A DNA stretch of 64,000 nucleotides from contig OX597833.1 of the NCBI GenBank assembly GCA_951406725.2, positions 70,680,001 through 70,744,000 of the forward strand, given 5' to 3'. The translations under genes were made by a program, and so were the position numbers. The DNA comes from Octopus vulgaris. Lineage: Eukaryota. Positions within the stretch are counted from its first letter, which is position 1. Each line of letters starts with the position of its first letter. The notes under the pieces were generated by a model, which made no database searches, was not told the DNA's origin, and saw only the letters and a list, made by a program, of their open reading frames with translations. Below, piece after piece: positions 26,009 to 37,971 of this stretch.

Positions 26009-28536
26009 TACCATCATCATCATTTTAACACCCACCTTTTTATACTCACACCATTCGAGCATGATCGTTACCGCGTTGCCTTACTAGCACTTGCGCTGGT
26101 GGCATGTGAAACATTCGAGCGAGGTCGTCGCCAGTGCCACTAGACTGGCTCCTGTGCAGGTGGCACATAAAAAGCACCATTTGGGCATGGCCGTTGCCCG
26201 TACCACCAAACTGGCCCTCATGCCAGTGGCACGTAAAAGCACCCACTACACTCTTGGAGTGGTTGACGTTAGGAAGAACATCTAGCTGTAAAAACCTGCC
26301 AGATCAGATTGGAGTTTGGTTCGCCAGCCCTTAGTCAACTCGTCCAACCCATGCTAGCATGGAAAGCGGACGTTAAATGATGATGATGGGTTGGATGGAA
26401 TTGGCTGAAGCAAATTTTCTATGTCTAAATACCCTTCCTGTCTTGAACCCTCACCTGTTACAGGTAAGGTAATATTTTACTGGAGATTGGAAATGAACAC
26501 TGCATGTCTAATGGTGCCATTCAAACATGCAGTATCCGTTTTATATTCCCTGAATTTAAACGTTGCCAAGGTCAGCTTTAGCTTCCATCGTTTAGGGATT
26601 GATAAATTAAAAGTACCAGCCAAGTACACATAGGCGCAGGAGTGGATGTGTGGTAAGTAGCTTGCTAACCAACCACATGGTTCTGGGTTCAGTCCCACTG
26701 TCTGGCATCTTGGGCAAGTGTCTTCTGCTATAGCCCCGGGCCGACCAATGCCTTGTGAGTGGATTTGGTAGACGGAAACTGAAAGAAGCCTGTCGTATAT
26801 ATGTATATATATATATGTGTATGTGTTTGTGTGTCTGTGTTTGTCCCCCTAGCATTGCTTGACAACCGATGCTGATGTGTTTACGTCCCCGTCACTTAGC
26901 AATTCGGCAAAAGAGACCGATAGAATAAGTACTGGGCTTACAAAGAATAAGTCCCGGGATCGATTTGCTCGACTAAAAGGCGGTGCTCCAGCATGGCCGC
27001 AGTCAAATGACTGTAACAAGTAAAAGAGTAAAAAGAGTAAAAGAGAGTCTGTTCAATCAACTCTTGTCCTGTACTCTTAAAATCTGTGTTGCCCTTAAAA
27101 GTCAATGTTAGAAATCAATACTCATCAATTACAGGTGAGAAACCGTTGATACAGAAATCAGTTGAAAGGTGAATCTAGAAGGGGATGTTGCTAATTTGAT
27201 CTTTATAACCGATTTGTGGAAATTGATTGATGCATTATCAGTTATACCGTTTATATGATTTGATGAATTATTGATAGCGACAATCACATATAGATCAGTT
27301 GGCTGTTGGTCTGTTCGTCATCATTAGTTAAATTATGGTTGCTGTTTAGTATACATTACTCTACAGAGCATAGAGCTAACGAGGAAACCTTGACGTGACC
27401 ACTCGACTTGTTAGAAATAGCAGCCAGTTTTCTCTCAGATCGTATCCTTCCTTTAGAAATAAAAGGGCACATTGGGAAGATAATGTAGTCCTAGATACTT
27501 ACTTCTAAGAGAACAGGATGGTCATGGTTAGAATGCCTTTGAGTATAGGTATGGGCTGATCAGAGTCAATCTGGGGTTCAGCCTCAACCTGCATTTTGGT
27601 TGGTTTGTTGGATTTTTTGGGGTTTTTTTTTGTTTTTATATATTTTTTTTCTCACCTGTGCAATAAAAGCAAACGAGAGCAAAATCTGGAAAAGATAATT
27701 ATTTTTATTTCTAGAATTATGTGGAGATTCTGGAATCCGTTCAAGTATTTGTTATTAAAAGAGAGAATACTCCTTCGGCTTCCAACACACACACACACCT
27801 TTGTATTTGCTTCAAATACTTTTGACCAAGCAATCCTAATCTGTTGACATTTCACTCAAGTATGTTTTTCTGGAGTTTGCTTATTCAAACATCTCTGGAT
27901 AATCTCAATGTTTTCACTTGGTGTTATCATTGTTATTATTATTATTATTATTATTATAAGGTGGCAATCTGTGAGAATCGTTAGCACGCCAGACAAAATG
28001 CTCAACAGCATTTCGTCTGTCTTTACATTCTGAGTTCAAATTCCGCCAAGGTGTGACTTTGCCTTTCATCCGTTCAGTGGGGTCAATAAAATAAGTACCA
28101 GTTGAATACTGAGGCGGGGTCAGTGTAATTAACTAATTCCTCCCTGCAAAAATTTCAGGCCTTGTACCTATGGTAGAAAGGTTTATTATTGTTATTAAAA
28201 TTCCGCCAGGGTCAACTTTGCCTTTCATCCTTTCGGGGTTGATGAATTAAGTACCAGTGAAACACTGGGGGGGGGGTTGATGTAATCAACTTGTCCCCTC
28301 CTCCCCCCAAAATTTCAGGCCTTGTGCATTTTGTAGAAGGGATTATTATGATGATTATCATTATTCTCATCATTATTATTATTATTATTATAAAGGCAGC
28401 GGGCTGGCAGAATCGTTAGCACAGTGGACGAAATGCTTAGTAGTATTTCACTCATCACTCCATTCTGAGCTGCATTACCATTTTTGATGCTGCGTTTGGG
28501 TTTGTGGTCAAGATACCTTCAGGTTTATTACTATTA

Positions 28537-28929
28537 ATAACAGTATCGCCCGGCGTTGCTCGGGTTTGTTTTGACCCTTTAGAATTGGAATTTTTGAAAA
28601 GTAAAAATTTTGCTTTATGTAGCTTGTTATTCTATTTAAGTGAACATTTTTCTGGTTGAAATACACCGAAAAATGGCGATACAGCAGTCAAAAAATCGTA
28701 AAAATTAAGGATTTTCATAGAAAAAAAAGCACCTTTTTGATGTAAATAATTTTTGGTGTTAACATGGTCCGATTTGAATTTTTTCTTCTACGGAAGGAAG
28801 AGCAAGCCTTCTTCTATCATACTCTCAATTTTGGTCAACTTGTGCCGCAGGGTCTCGAAGGAGATAGTGTTAGTTGAAGGCTACCGAACCTGCCATACAC
28901 AGACAACTTCAGCTTTATATAGAGAGAGA
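28537..28929 (-). mobile_element. Non-autonomous Helitron, second subfamily (shared termini, different body)
   Basis: Shares the cagtatcgcccggcgttgctcgggtttgt and acaacttca-ctttatata..gat ends; terminal CTAG is mutated. Confidence 0.7.
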
Positions 28930-28938
28930 TTATCATCA

Positions 28939-28972
<34 letters not shown>

Positions 28973-29080
28973 AGAGATGTAATGTTTAAATTTCCAAGTT
29001 TTAAGATTTCGTTAATGTTTTTGTTTATTTTTCATATGTGATATATCTCTCCTTATGTCTTTTTCTTTCTGTTTTTCCAG

Positions 29081-29296
29081 TTTAATTTCTAGTATGCTGA
29101 TCAGAGAACCAAACCAACGCGCTAGTCTGGAACAAATAATGAACCACGCATGGTTGAAGAGTGGAGATGTTCCCTACTCAAACATAAGTGTCAATATACC
29201 TCTGCTGTCTCGGAGCCTCGTCTCTGCCGATGACCATGCATACATCGTGGAACGCATGATTGAAGGCAGGATGGCAACTAAAGAAGAAATCGCATT
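29081..29296 (+). CDS. SNRK: SNRK internal exon (kinase subdomain XI, linker, start of UBA), 216 nt, phase 2 to 2
   Basis: ttctgtttttccag acceptor; TT|gtatgt donor. Joins the previous exon in frame (TC+T=Ser). LISSMLIREPNQRASLEQIMNHAWL...NIPLLSRSLVSADDHAYIVERMIEGRMATKEEIA resembles the SNRK subdomain XI and linker. Confidence 0.93.
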
Positions 29297-29827
29297 GTAT
29301 GTACTTCACCTGCATTCTATTCTATTCTTATATACACCTGTTACTGTTCAAGCCATGTTAGGGTGCTTCATTGTGGTCATGCTGCTGCTTGCTAGAAATA
29401 GCAACCTAACCTCTCTCTTGAATCATAATCAACCGTCTTAAGTAACAAAAAGCTACATTAAAGTGGTCCTACATGCACCAAAAAAAAATGAAGGGAAGGT
29501 CATGGTTGTAACATCTGCGATCATATTCCTTCTCAGTCAGGACTTACCTTGGGTTAAACAACAATGCAACGACCTTTCTTAGTTGTGTTGTTGTTGTAAA
29601 AATACTATTGTTGTTGTATTAGTATTTTTATTAAGCTGATTAGTAAAATGGTGAACAGGCAGAATCGTTTGTACATTGGGCATTCTGAGTTCAACTCCTG
29701 CCAAGGTCAACTTTACCTTTCATCCTTTCAGGGGTCGATAAATTAAGTACCAGTTGCATACTGGGGCTGATCGAAACAACTAGCCCCTTCCCCTGAAATT
29801 TCAGGTCTTGTGCCTTTAGTAGAAAGG

Positions 29828-29873
29828 ATTATTATCATCATCATCATCATCATTATCATCATCATCATCAGCA

Positions 29874-29922
<49 letters not shown>

Positions 29923-29958
29923 TACTACTACTATTATTATTACTACTACTACTACTAC

Positions 29959-30003
<45 letters not shown>

Positions 30004-30128
30004 TACTACTACTATCATCATCATCATCATCATCATTATTATTATTATTATCATTATTATTATTGTCATTATTATTATTATTATTATTATTATTGTTGTT
30101 GTTGTTATTATTATCATTATTATTATTG

Positions 30129-30180
<52 letters not shown>

Positions 30181-30291
30181 TATTATTATTACTATTATCA
30201 TTATTACTATTATTATTATTATTATCATCCTCATTATTATTATTATTATTACTACTACTACTATTATTATTACTACTACTACTACTACTAC

Positions 30292-30327
<36 letters not shown>

Positions 30328-30380
30328 TACTACTACTACTATCATCATCATCATCATTATTATTATCATTATTATTATTG

Positions 30381-30418
<38 letters not shown>

Positions 30419-30479
30419 GTTGTTGTTATTATTATCATTATTATTATTGTTGTTGTTATTATTATCATTATTATTATTG

Positions 30480-30519
<40 letters not shown>

Positions 30520-30592
30520 TACTATTATTATTATTACTATTATTATTATTACTATTATCATTATTACTATTATTATTATTATTATTATCATC

Positions 30593-30623
<31 letters not shown>

Positions 30624-30624
30624 C
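29828..30624. repeat. Compound (ATT/ACT/ATC/GTT)n microsatellite of about 800 bp with a higher-order duplication
   Basis: The same order of variant blocks occurs twice (actactactactattattattactact at 29921 and 30251; atcatcctcatt near 30224 and 30587). Confidence 0.95.
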
Positions 30625-31414
30625 TGCAAGATGGCAGAGTTGTTAGCACGCTGAGCATAATGCTTAGCAGTATGTCGTCTGTCTTTACGTTCTGAGTTCA
30701 AATACATTCAAGGTCGAGCCTGCCTTTCCATTCTTTCGAGGTCGAGATAAAAATTAGTACCAGCTGAACACTGGGGTCGATGTAATCAATTAGTGCCCCT
30801 CCCCACAAATATTTCTGGCCTTGTTCCTCTGGCAGAAAGAATCATTATTATTATTATTATCATTATTGTTATCGTTATTGCTATTTTCATCAGCAGGTAG
30901 AAAATGTGAGTAAATGTGCCTGAGATTTTAATTTTGGATCAGTAGGACTGACAGGGTGGTGGTGAGGGGGGTAGATGGGCGGGTGGAGGACGAGTGCCGC
31001 ACCCTAGCAAACGGAAGTTCGGTTCAGGTTTCTCACTGTAGCTCTCTGTGTCTTTGACAATACCGCTTTTTGTTATTGCAACACATAATACAAGCTTTCA
31101 TAAGATCTCTGTGGAAGGAATGTTATCTCACCTTGGTTGAACTAGATTCGTTTTTTTCATGTGAATGTGATGAAGGCATAACAGTTTTGCTGTGACTGGG
31201 GGGGTGGGGGTTCTTTTTTTTTGTCTTTTTTTTCTTTGTTTATGTATATATTTTTTTCTTATGTTGGGACTGCTGCTGCTGAGAAACTTGTTATATTGGC
31301 CCAGTTAGAGTACTAGAACAAATTGTTGCTGGTACAATTTTTACATATTTTGTAAGTGGGGAACGCACAAACTCATACACATTGCCAGCATGGAAAACAG
31401 GCTTTAAACAATGA

Positions 31415-31415
31415 T

Positions 31416-31466
<51 letters not shown>
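31415..31466. repeat. (GATA)n tetranucleotide repeat
   Basis: Direct inspection. Confidence 0.95.
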
Positions 31467-31467
<1 letters not shown>

Positions 31468-34400
31468 GCAAGAAGCTTGTTTTCTAACCACCATGGTTCT
31501 GAGTTCAGTCCCACTGCGTGACACCACAGGGAGGCGTCTTCTACTCTAGCCTCAAGCCAACCAAAGCTTTGTGAGTGAATTTGGTAGACAGAAACTGAAA
31601 AAAGCCCATCATATACATACATATATATATATATATTTTATTCACAGCAAACAAGAAAATATCCATCAAATGTAAATAATGTAAATAATTCCTCTTCTCA
31701 TAAATGTTCTTTAAGGTGGTACCCCAGCATGGCCACAGTCTAATGATTGAAACAAGTAAAAGATAGAATATATATAATAAATGAGTAACAAAGATGTACA
31801 GGTGTCAATTCATTATGACCATTTCAAGCGACTCCTTTAATTAATATATATACATGTATGTGTGTTTAGGTGTCATTATCGTTTAATGTCCACCTTGTGT
31901 GTAATGTTTATGGTCGTACCTTCTTGTTTTGACTTGTGTCAATTGTAAACAAAGCTCATCATAATACAAGCGGTTTTGTTTGTTTGCAATCCTTTATGAA
32001 AATATACCTGGCCATTCTGATGTTTTGTGTTCAAAGGATTAGTGAAGGTATTATCTTGCTTGGAAGCAGGTGAGGATTGGTTACTGCTTCCAGGTGAAGA
32101 GAATCTGCCTCAACAAGTTTGGGTTTAACCTGTCATCATCATCATTATCGTTTAACGTCCGTTTTCCATGTAGCATGTATTGGACAGTTCGACCGGGGTC
32201 TGGGAAGCCAAGAGGCTGCACCAGGCTCCAGTCTGATCTGGCAGTGTTTCTACAGCTGGATGCCCTTCCTAACACCAACCACTCCAGGAGTGTAGTGGGT
32301 GCTTTTTTTGTGCCACCGGCACAGCTGCCAGGCGAGGCTGGCAACGGCCATGATCGGTTGGTGCTTTTTACGTGCCACCGGCACAGAAGTCAGTGAAGGT
32401 GGCACTGGCAACGGCCACGTACGGATGGTGCTTTTTACATGCCACCGGCACTGGTATCACAACTACAATGTCCTGGTATTAAAACGGAGGTGGTGGTGAT
32501 TAGTTGATCTTTTTATGAAAAACCTGAAAAGTTAATGTCAAACTTGGGCAGATGAGATTTGAACCCAGAATACTAAGGAGGACTTTTTTCATACTCTATG
32601 GCATTTAATCTGATACTCTATCATTCTGTCCACTCAACTGGCTTTTGAATATCATTGTATGCAAATAAAACAGTTAAAAATCAACCCTTTGTTCAGAATC
32701 AAGTGTGAAATCAATAGTAATTTCTTACTTTATTCTGAACAAAGAAAAGAGTTAAAATGATAGAAGAAATGTGTCTGTTTAAATAAATGTAGTTATGATG
32801 AAACTGGGAGCAAAAGCATCAATTAATTGATAGGACAACCTGAGCTGAACACACCCAGAAGGCAGTTGCGGCTGATTTTATTTAAATATGTAAGAAGATG
32901 AAGGTCTCAGGAACACTTGAGGGGTGTCTGTCTTATCTCGTCACATACAATTGTCGAAGATAGAACCAAAATCCGACTGTCTTCAATAACAATAAATAAT
33001 ACTTTATTTTTCGGGTTTCGCAAATAAAAATATATACACAAATATTTTTCTTAAGAGCAAACTGGTAGCCAAGTCCACAAGACTGTTCACAAATGTTTAC
33101 TTGTGTGAGTGAAAATTACCATCTCCATTCCCGCTTAGAAGAGAGCTTCTCTATATGTAGGGTTTTCCCTGAGAGAAGGTGGTCATGTCCACTCAGGGTT
33201 GCTGATTCAAAAAGGACAGATTTAGCGGGAACACTTTCAGTTTGCAGTTCTCTGCACATGCGCATGAAGTAATCCAACTCTGCACATGTACGCTGAAAAC
33301 TTCCGAAAATAGTGTCACTACAGATATATCTATGGTATTTTGTAACAGAAAAGTCTTGCAAGGTGAAACCTGTGTGATCAAATATGTTACAAATGGGAAG
33401 CCAAGTTTTGTATGAGTTAAGAAATACCCGTAGAAAAATCAGCCAGCAAATAAGGAGAATATTTTTACCAAATTTAAGCAGTTGAATGTTGCATGCTGGG
33501 TAGAAAAAGGAGAAAATTCAACATTTCAGGCTTGAGTATTTTGTTTATTTTTTTACCAAAGGCAAGAAAAAAATTTCCATATAATATAATTGATCAAGAA
33601 AAGAGAAATTTCTGTGTGCAAGCAGGTGTAACGTATCGAGATACATTACCACTACAACACATGGAAATCTCTCTTCTCTTTCTTGACAAGGAGCCTGAAG
33701 CCCAAAATGTCAGACATTTTCCTTCTCTCATCACAGTAACTTTATTTATTTAAACCACTGCACTTTCTCTTTGGTTATTTGCTGCCTTATTTGTTGGGTT
33801 ATTCATTTATATGAATCCCTTCCTAATTTCTTGTGAATGTAGATTTCAGCTAAAATGACACTAGAGTTTTCTGTAATGAGGGTTTATTGAAAAGTCTCTA
33901 GCCAGACCAGATCTTTGAGCAGATTACAAAATCAGGGGATCCCTAATTCTTTGTATAGACTTTACCCCTGTCTTTGGGAGGCCCTTGCAGATCAGATCAG
34001 GTTCCACTATTATGTACCCTAATGTCTTTCAGGTTCCGTTTTATGTCCTTCAAATCCTGCCATGGGTCAACTTTTACCTTCATCTCTTTACTATCAGGGA
34101 GGTCAATTCTACAAAATATATATATATATGTGTGTGTGTACATTTTATCATCATTTAATGTCTGTAAATTTTTTCTCAAATAACTTGCTTGTGTTTCATT
34201 GTAACGGCTTTAAGAAAGTTATAAGGTGATGCACAAATTCTCAGCTCTGGATGCACTGTGTCTTGGAGCAGAAACAGCTGTAAGCTAATGTGAAGTTGAT
34301 AATATAATTTTCTGATCCCTTGTCTTTTATTTAGTTCCGTATTACTCCCTGTGCTCACCTAACACTTTATCCTGAAGCATATGTACATTGAGTTCTAACA

Positions 34401-34884
34401 ACCAGGTTTTTAGTAGTATTATGCCTAAGAAAAGTCTATATATATATATATATATGAATGATATTATATTATATATAAAAGAAAGGTAAAAGAGAAACTG
34501 GTATACTACCTAATTTAAAGAAATCACTATAGGCCAATCCTCCATGTCCTGACCCCAAATAGAAAAACCTAAATTAGCAAACTGTCGGGATAGGTTACTA
34601 AACCTGTTTTTCTGTGACTCCAGATCAGTTCTTATAAGGTCAGGTTACAATCAGAGGCATTCCAAGTGTGACCATCCTATCGTGTTTTCTTTTATTCTTT
34701 TTTCTAAAGCTACATATGCAAGACTACATTATCACAAGAGGCCTTTTTGTTGCTTTAAAATAGTTGGCTATAATTTGAGGGAGATTTATCTGACGTGTTT
34801 TAGCAAGTTGAGCAACCACATAAAAGCCTTTTTCATTGGTTTGTTAATGCGTTCGTTTAACCATTTCGTATTCAGGTTACTCTG

Positions 34885-35266
34885 AATCGTTAGCACACCG
34901 GGCGAAATGCTTAGCGGTATTTCGTCTGCGTTACATTGTGAGTTCAAATTCCACTGAGGTCGACTTTGCCTTTCATCCTTTCGGGGTCGATAAATTAAGT
35001 ACCAGTTACGCACTGGGGTCGATGTAATCGACTTAATACCTATGTCTGTCCTTGTTTAGCCCCTTGTGGGTAATAAAGAAATAGGTATTTCGTCTGCCAC
35101 TACGTTCAGAGTTCAAATTCCGCTGAGGTCGACTTTGCCTTTCATCCTTTCGGAATCGATAAATTAAGTACCAGTTACACACTGGGGTTGATATAATCAT
35201 CTTAATCCATTTGTCTGTCCTTGTTTGTCCCCTCTGTGTTTAGCTCCTTGTGGGTAATAAAGAAAT
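34885..35266 (+). mobile_element. Head-to-tail dimer of SINE family B inside one 11-bp TSD
   Basis: aggttactctg at 34874-34884 and 35267-35277; monomers at about 34885-35083 and 35085-35266. Confidence 0.85.
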
Positions 35267-36199
35267 AGGTTACTCTGTCAAATCTAATGCATATTTATTG
35301 ACATCATTTAAAATTGATTGCACAACATCTTGGAGCTTTGAGATTTTGGTGATGCCATTCTTTATTTTGAAAACGACAATGTAGGTGTGTTGTGAGAGGC
35401 CAGGTGTGGCTGATCCAAACCTAAAACACGTAGAATAATTGGGCTGAATACGGCCGCCAGTTTAAATGCTAAAAGGTTAAAATATAAATAGAAGTGGAGG
35501 TAGATGTTCGGTAAAAGTTTTCCTGAAGTCATTACATTACAAACTGTAATGGCAGCTTCCAAAATACACCGAGTGTCTCTCGAAATTTCCTGCAGCAAAT
35601 GATGTTGTTGTTCTTTTGACAAAATCAATAGGAAAAGTAGCACGAAAACTCCAAGAAAGCTGGAAGCAAAACGGTAAACTGGCAGCAAAGGCATCAATTA
35701 GTTGACAGGAAAACCTGATCTGAACACAACCAGAAGGCATTTGCAGCTGACTTAATTTAGATGTGTCTGTTATTGCGCAACGGAAAATTCTTCAAGTTAT
35801 AACTTGTGTGATCAAATAGGTTGCAGCAACCAGCTTATTAGGAAGCTAAGTTTGGTATTATTTCAGAAATGCCAGCAGAAAAATCCACCAGCGAATGAGA
35901 AGATTTTTATCAAATTTAAGCAAATGGATGTTGCATGCTGGGTAGAAAAGATGCTGTGAACTGATAGCCGAGTGTCTTCTTTATCCCTTTTCTTTACTAT
36001 TTATTTCTACAGAAATATACTACCCCCTATGTGTTTTGGTTAATTTAGAAAAGAGTAAGAATTTGGAGGGATTTGGTGAAATAATACCAGTTCAACATAA
36101 AACTAGGGCTCAATTATTGGCCCCATCATCAAGTAAAAGAAGAAAAAAATGTAAAAATACTGCATTGTAAATCTATTCAACCAGTCTGTCACGAAGGGA

Positions 36200-36695
36200 T
36201 TCATCATCATCATTGTTTAACGTCTGTTTTCCATGCTGGCATGGGTTGGACGGTTCAACTTGGAGTCTGGGAAGCCAGGAGGCTGCACCAGGCTCCAATC
36301 CTGATCTGGCAGTGTTTCTACAGCAGGATGCTCTTCCTAGCACCAACCACTCCGAGAGTGTAGTGGGTGCTTTTTACATGCCACCGGCACAGAGGCCAGA
36401 GGGGGCTGGCAACGACCACGATCGGTTGGGGTGATTTTTACATGCCACTGGCACAGGGGCCAGAGGGGGCTGGCAACGACCACGATCGGTTGGGGTGCTT
36501 TTTACATGCCACCGGCACAGGCGCCAGAGGGGGCTGGCAACGACCACGATCGGTTGGGGTGATTTTTACATGCCACTGGCACAGGGGCCACAGGGGGCTG
36601 GCAACGACCTCGATTGGTTGGGGTGCTTTTTACATGCGACTGGCATGGAAGCCAGTCAAAGCAGTGCTGGCTTCGGCCACATTCGGACGGTGCTT
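36200..36695 (-). mobile_element. SINE family C with four tandem units of about 64 bp
   Basis: ttttacatgccac(c/t)ggcacag...gggggctggcaacgacc-cgat-ggttggggtg repeated four times in 36365-36630. Confidence 0.85.
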
Positions 36696-36897
36696 TAAAG
36701 ATTACCCCGACAATGACCTTTAACACTCGTAATCAGCTTCTTTACAGGTGTTTGTGGTTGTTGTTTAGGTCCCAAATCAGCCGTGATTGGGAATACGTTA
36801 TCATTGCTAACACAACTAGGCTTTTCTGGTCCATCTTCAACAACCTTTTATTGCGTTGCTTACCAAAATATCCCTTTTTTTTCTTTTTCTTTTGCAG

Positions 36898-37092
36898 ATC
36901 ACTGGAAAAAGATTCTTATGACCACATTGCTGCTACGTATTATCTCATGATAGAACGCAGGTTGAAAGCTAAGCAGGCGGAGACATCTGCGTCAACCCCA
37001 GTGGGGAAATCAACTAATGCTTACCAAATTCGTAAGAATTCAGCACCAGCTGATGGGAAACCCCACTTAGAACCACTTGCCCTTTCTCCTCG
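36898..37092 (+). CDS. SNRK: SNRK internal exon (end of UBA, start of C-terminal tail), 195 nt, phase 2 to 2
   Basis: Long T tract + gcag acceptor; CG|gtgagt donor; in frame (TT+A=Leu). SLEKDSYDHIAATYYLMIERRLK matches the AMPK-family UBA end motif (Y..I.ATYYL). Confidence 0.92.
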
Positions 37093-37383
37093 GTGAGTCT
37101 CCCAACAATACAATTCTCCAAATGCATCCTTTTTTTACACCTGACTCTGATTTATTATCATAATTATTTCTTTCAGTAAGATCCTGTATATAAGAGACAT
37201 ATTGAAACCAGATCCCAATTCCCAGTATAATTAATTCTGTTTTTCAATTATTTAGGAAAATATTCTCTCTTTATTTCATATTTCCTTAACTCAACCTTCA
37301 TAATCTATACATTTAGTTTAAATCTTCAAACATGTATGCTGTGCATAATTTACGCATTTTTTTCCTCTCTCCTCTTACTGTAG

Positions 37384-37440
37384 GTTTCTTAAAATATATT
37401 TGTACGACATAGTGTCAAGATTCAGTGCAAAGGAAAAACA
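37384..37440 (+). CDS. Candidate 57-nt phase-2/2 cassette exon of SNRK (FLKIYLYDIVSRFSAKEK)
   Basis: tttcctctctcctcttactgtag acceptor; CA|gtaaga donor; length divisible by 3; open in the SNRK frame. No homology support. Confidence 0.45.
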
Positions 37441-37929
37441 GTAAGAACACACACACACACACACACATATATCATCTTCGTTTAGCGTCCGCTTTCCATG
37501 CTAGCATGGGTTGGACGGTTCGACCGGGGATCTGGGAAGCCAGAAGGCTGCACCAGGCTCCAGTCTGATCTGGCAATGTTTCTATGGCTGGATGCCCTTC
37601 CTAACGCCAACCACTCCGTGAGTGTAGTGGGTGCTTTTTACGTGCCAGACGAGGCTGGCAAACGGCCACGATCGGATGGTGCTTTTTACGTGCCACCGGC
37701 ACAGGTGCCAGACTAGGCTGGCAAACGGCCACGATCGGATGTGGTGCTTTTTACGTGCCACCGGCACGGGGGCCAGGCGAGGCTGGCAATGGATGCATGT
37801 ATAAAAGTTTCATAGAACAAATAAACAAATGGTAAATGGAACTCAGTATATGAGAGAATTTTTATTTTTATTTTCAATCAACAGAAAGGCCCTAGCGTCA
37901 CTATGTGACTTCTGGTTAAAAATAAGAAC

Positions 37930-37971
<42 letters not shown>

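Noticed and set aside
26455-26475. Consensus donor cag|gtaagg
   Set aside because: Lies within a degenerate dispersed repeat (related to about 62040-62070) with no matching acceptor or in-frame exon.
29743-30695. Poly-Ile/Asn/Leu ORFs of 210-284 aa
   Set aside because: Trinucleotide microsatellite.
36365-36630. CRISPR-like repeat array
   Set aside because: No unique spacers and no cas genes; it is a tandem repeat inside a eukaryotic SINE.
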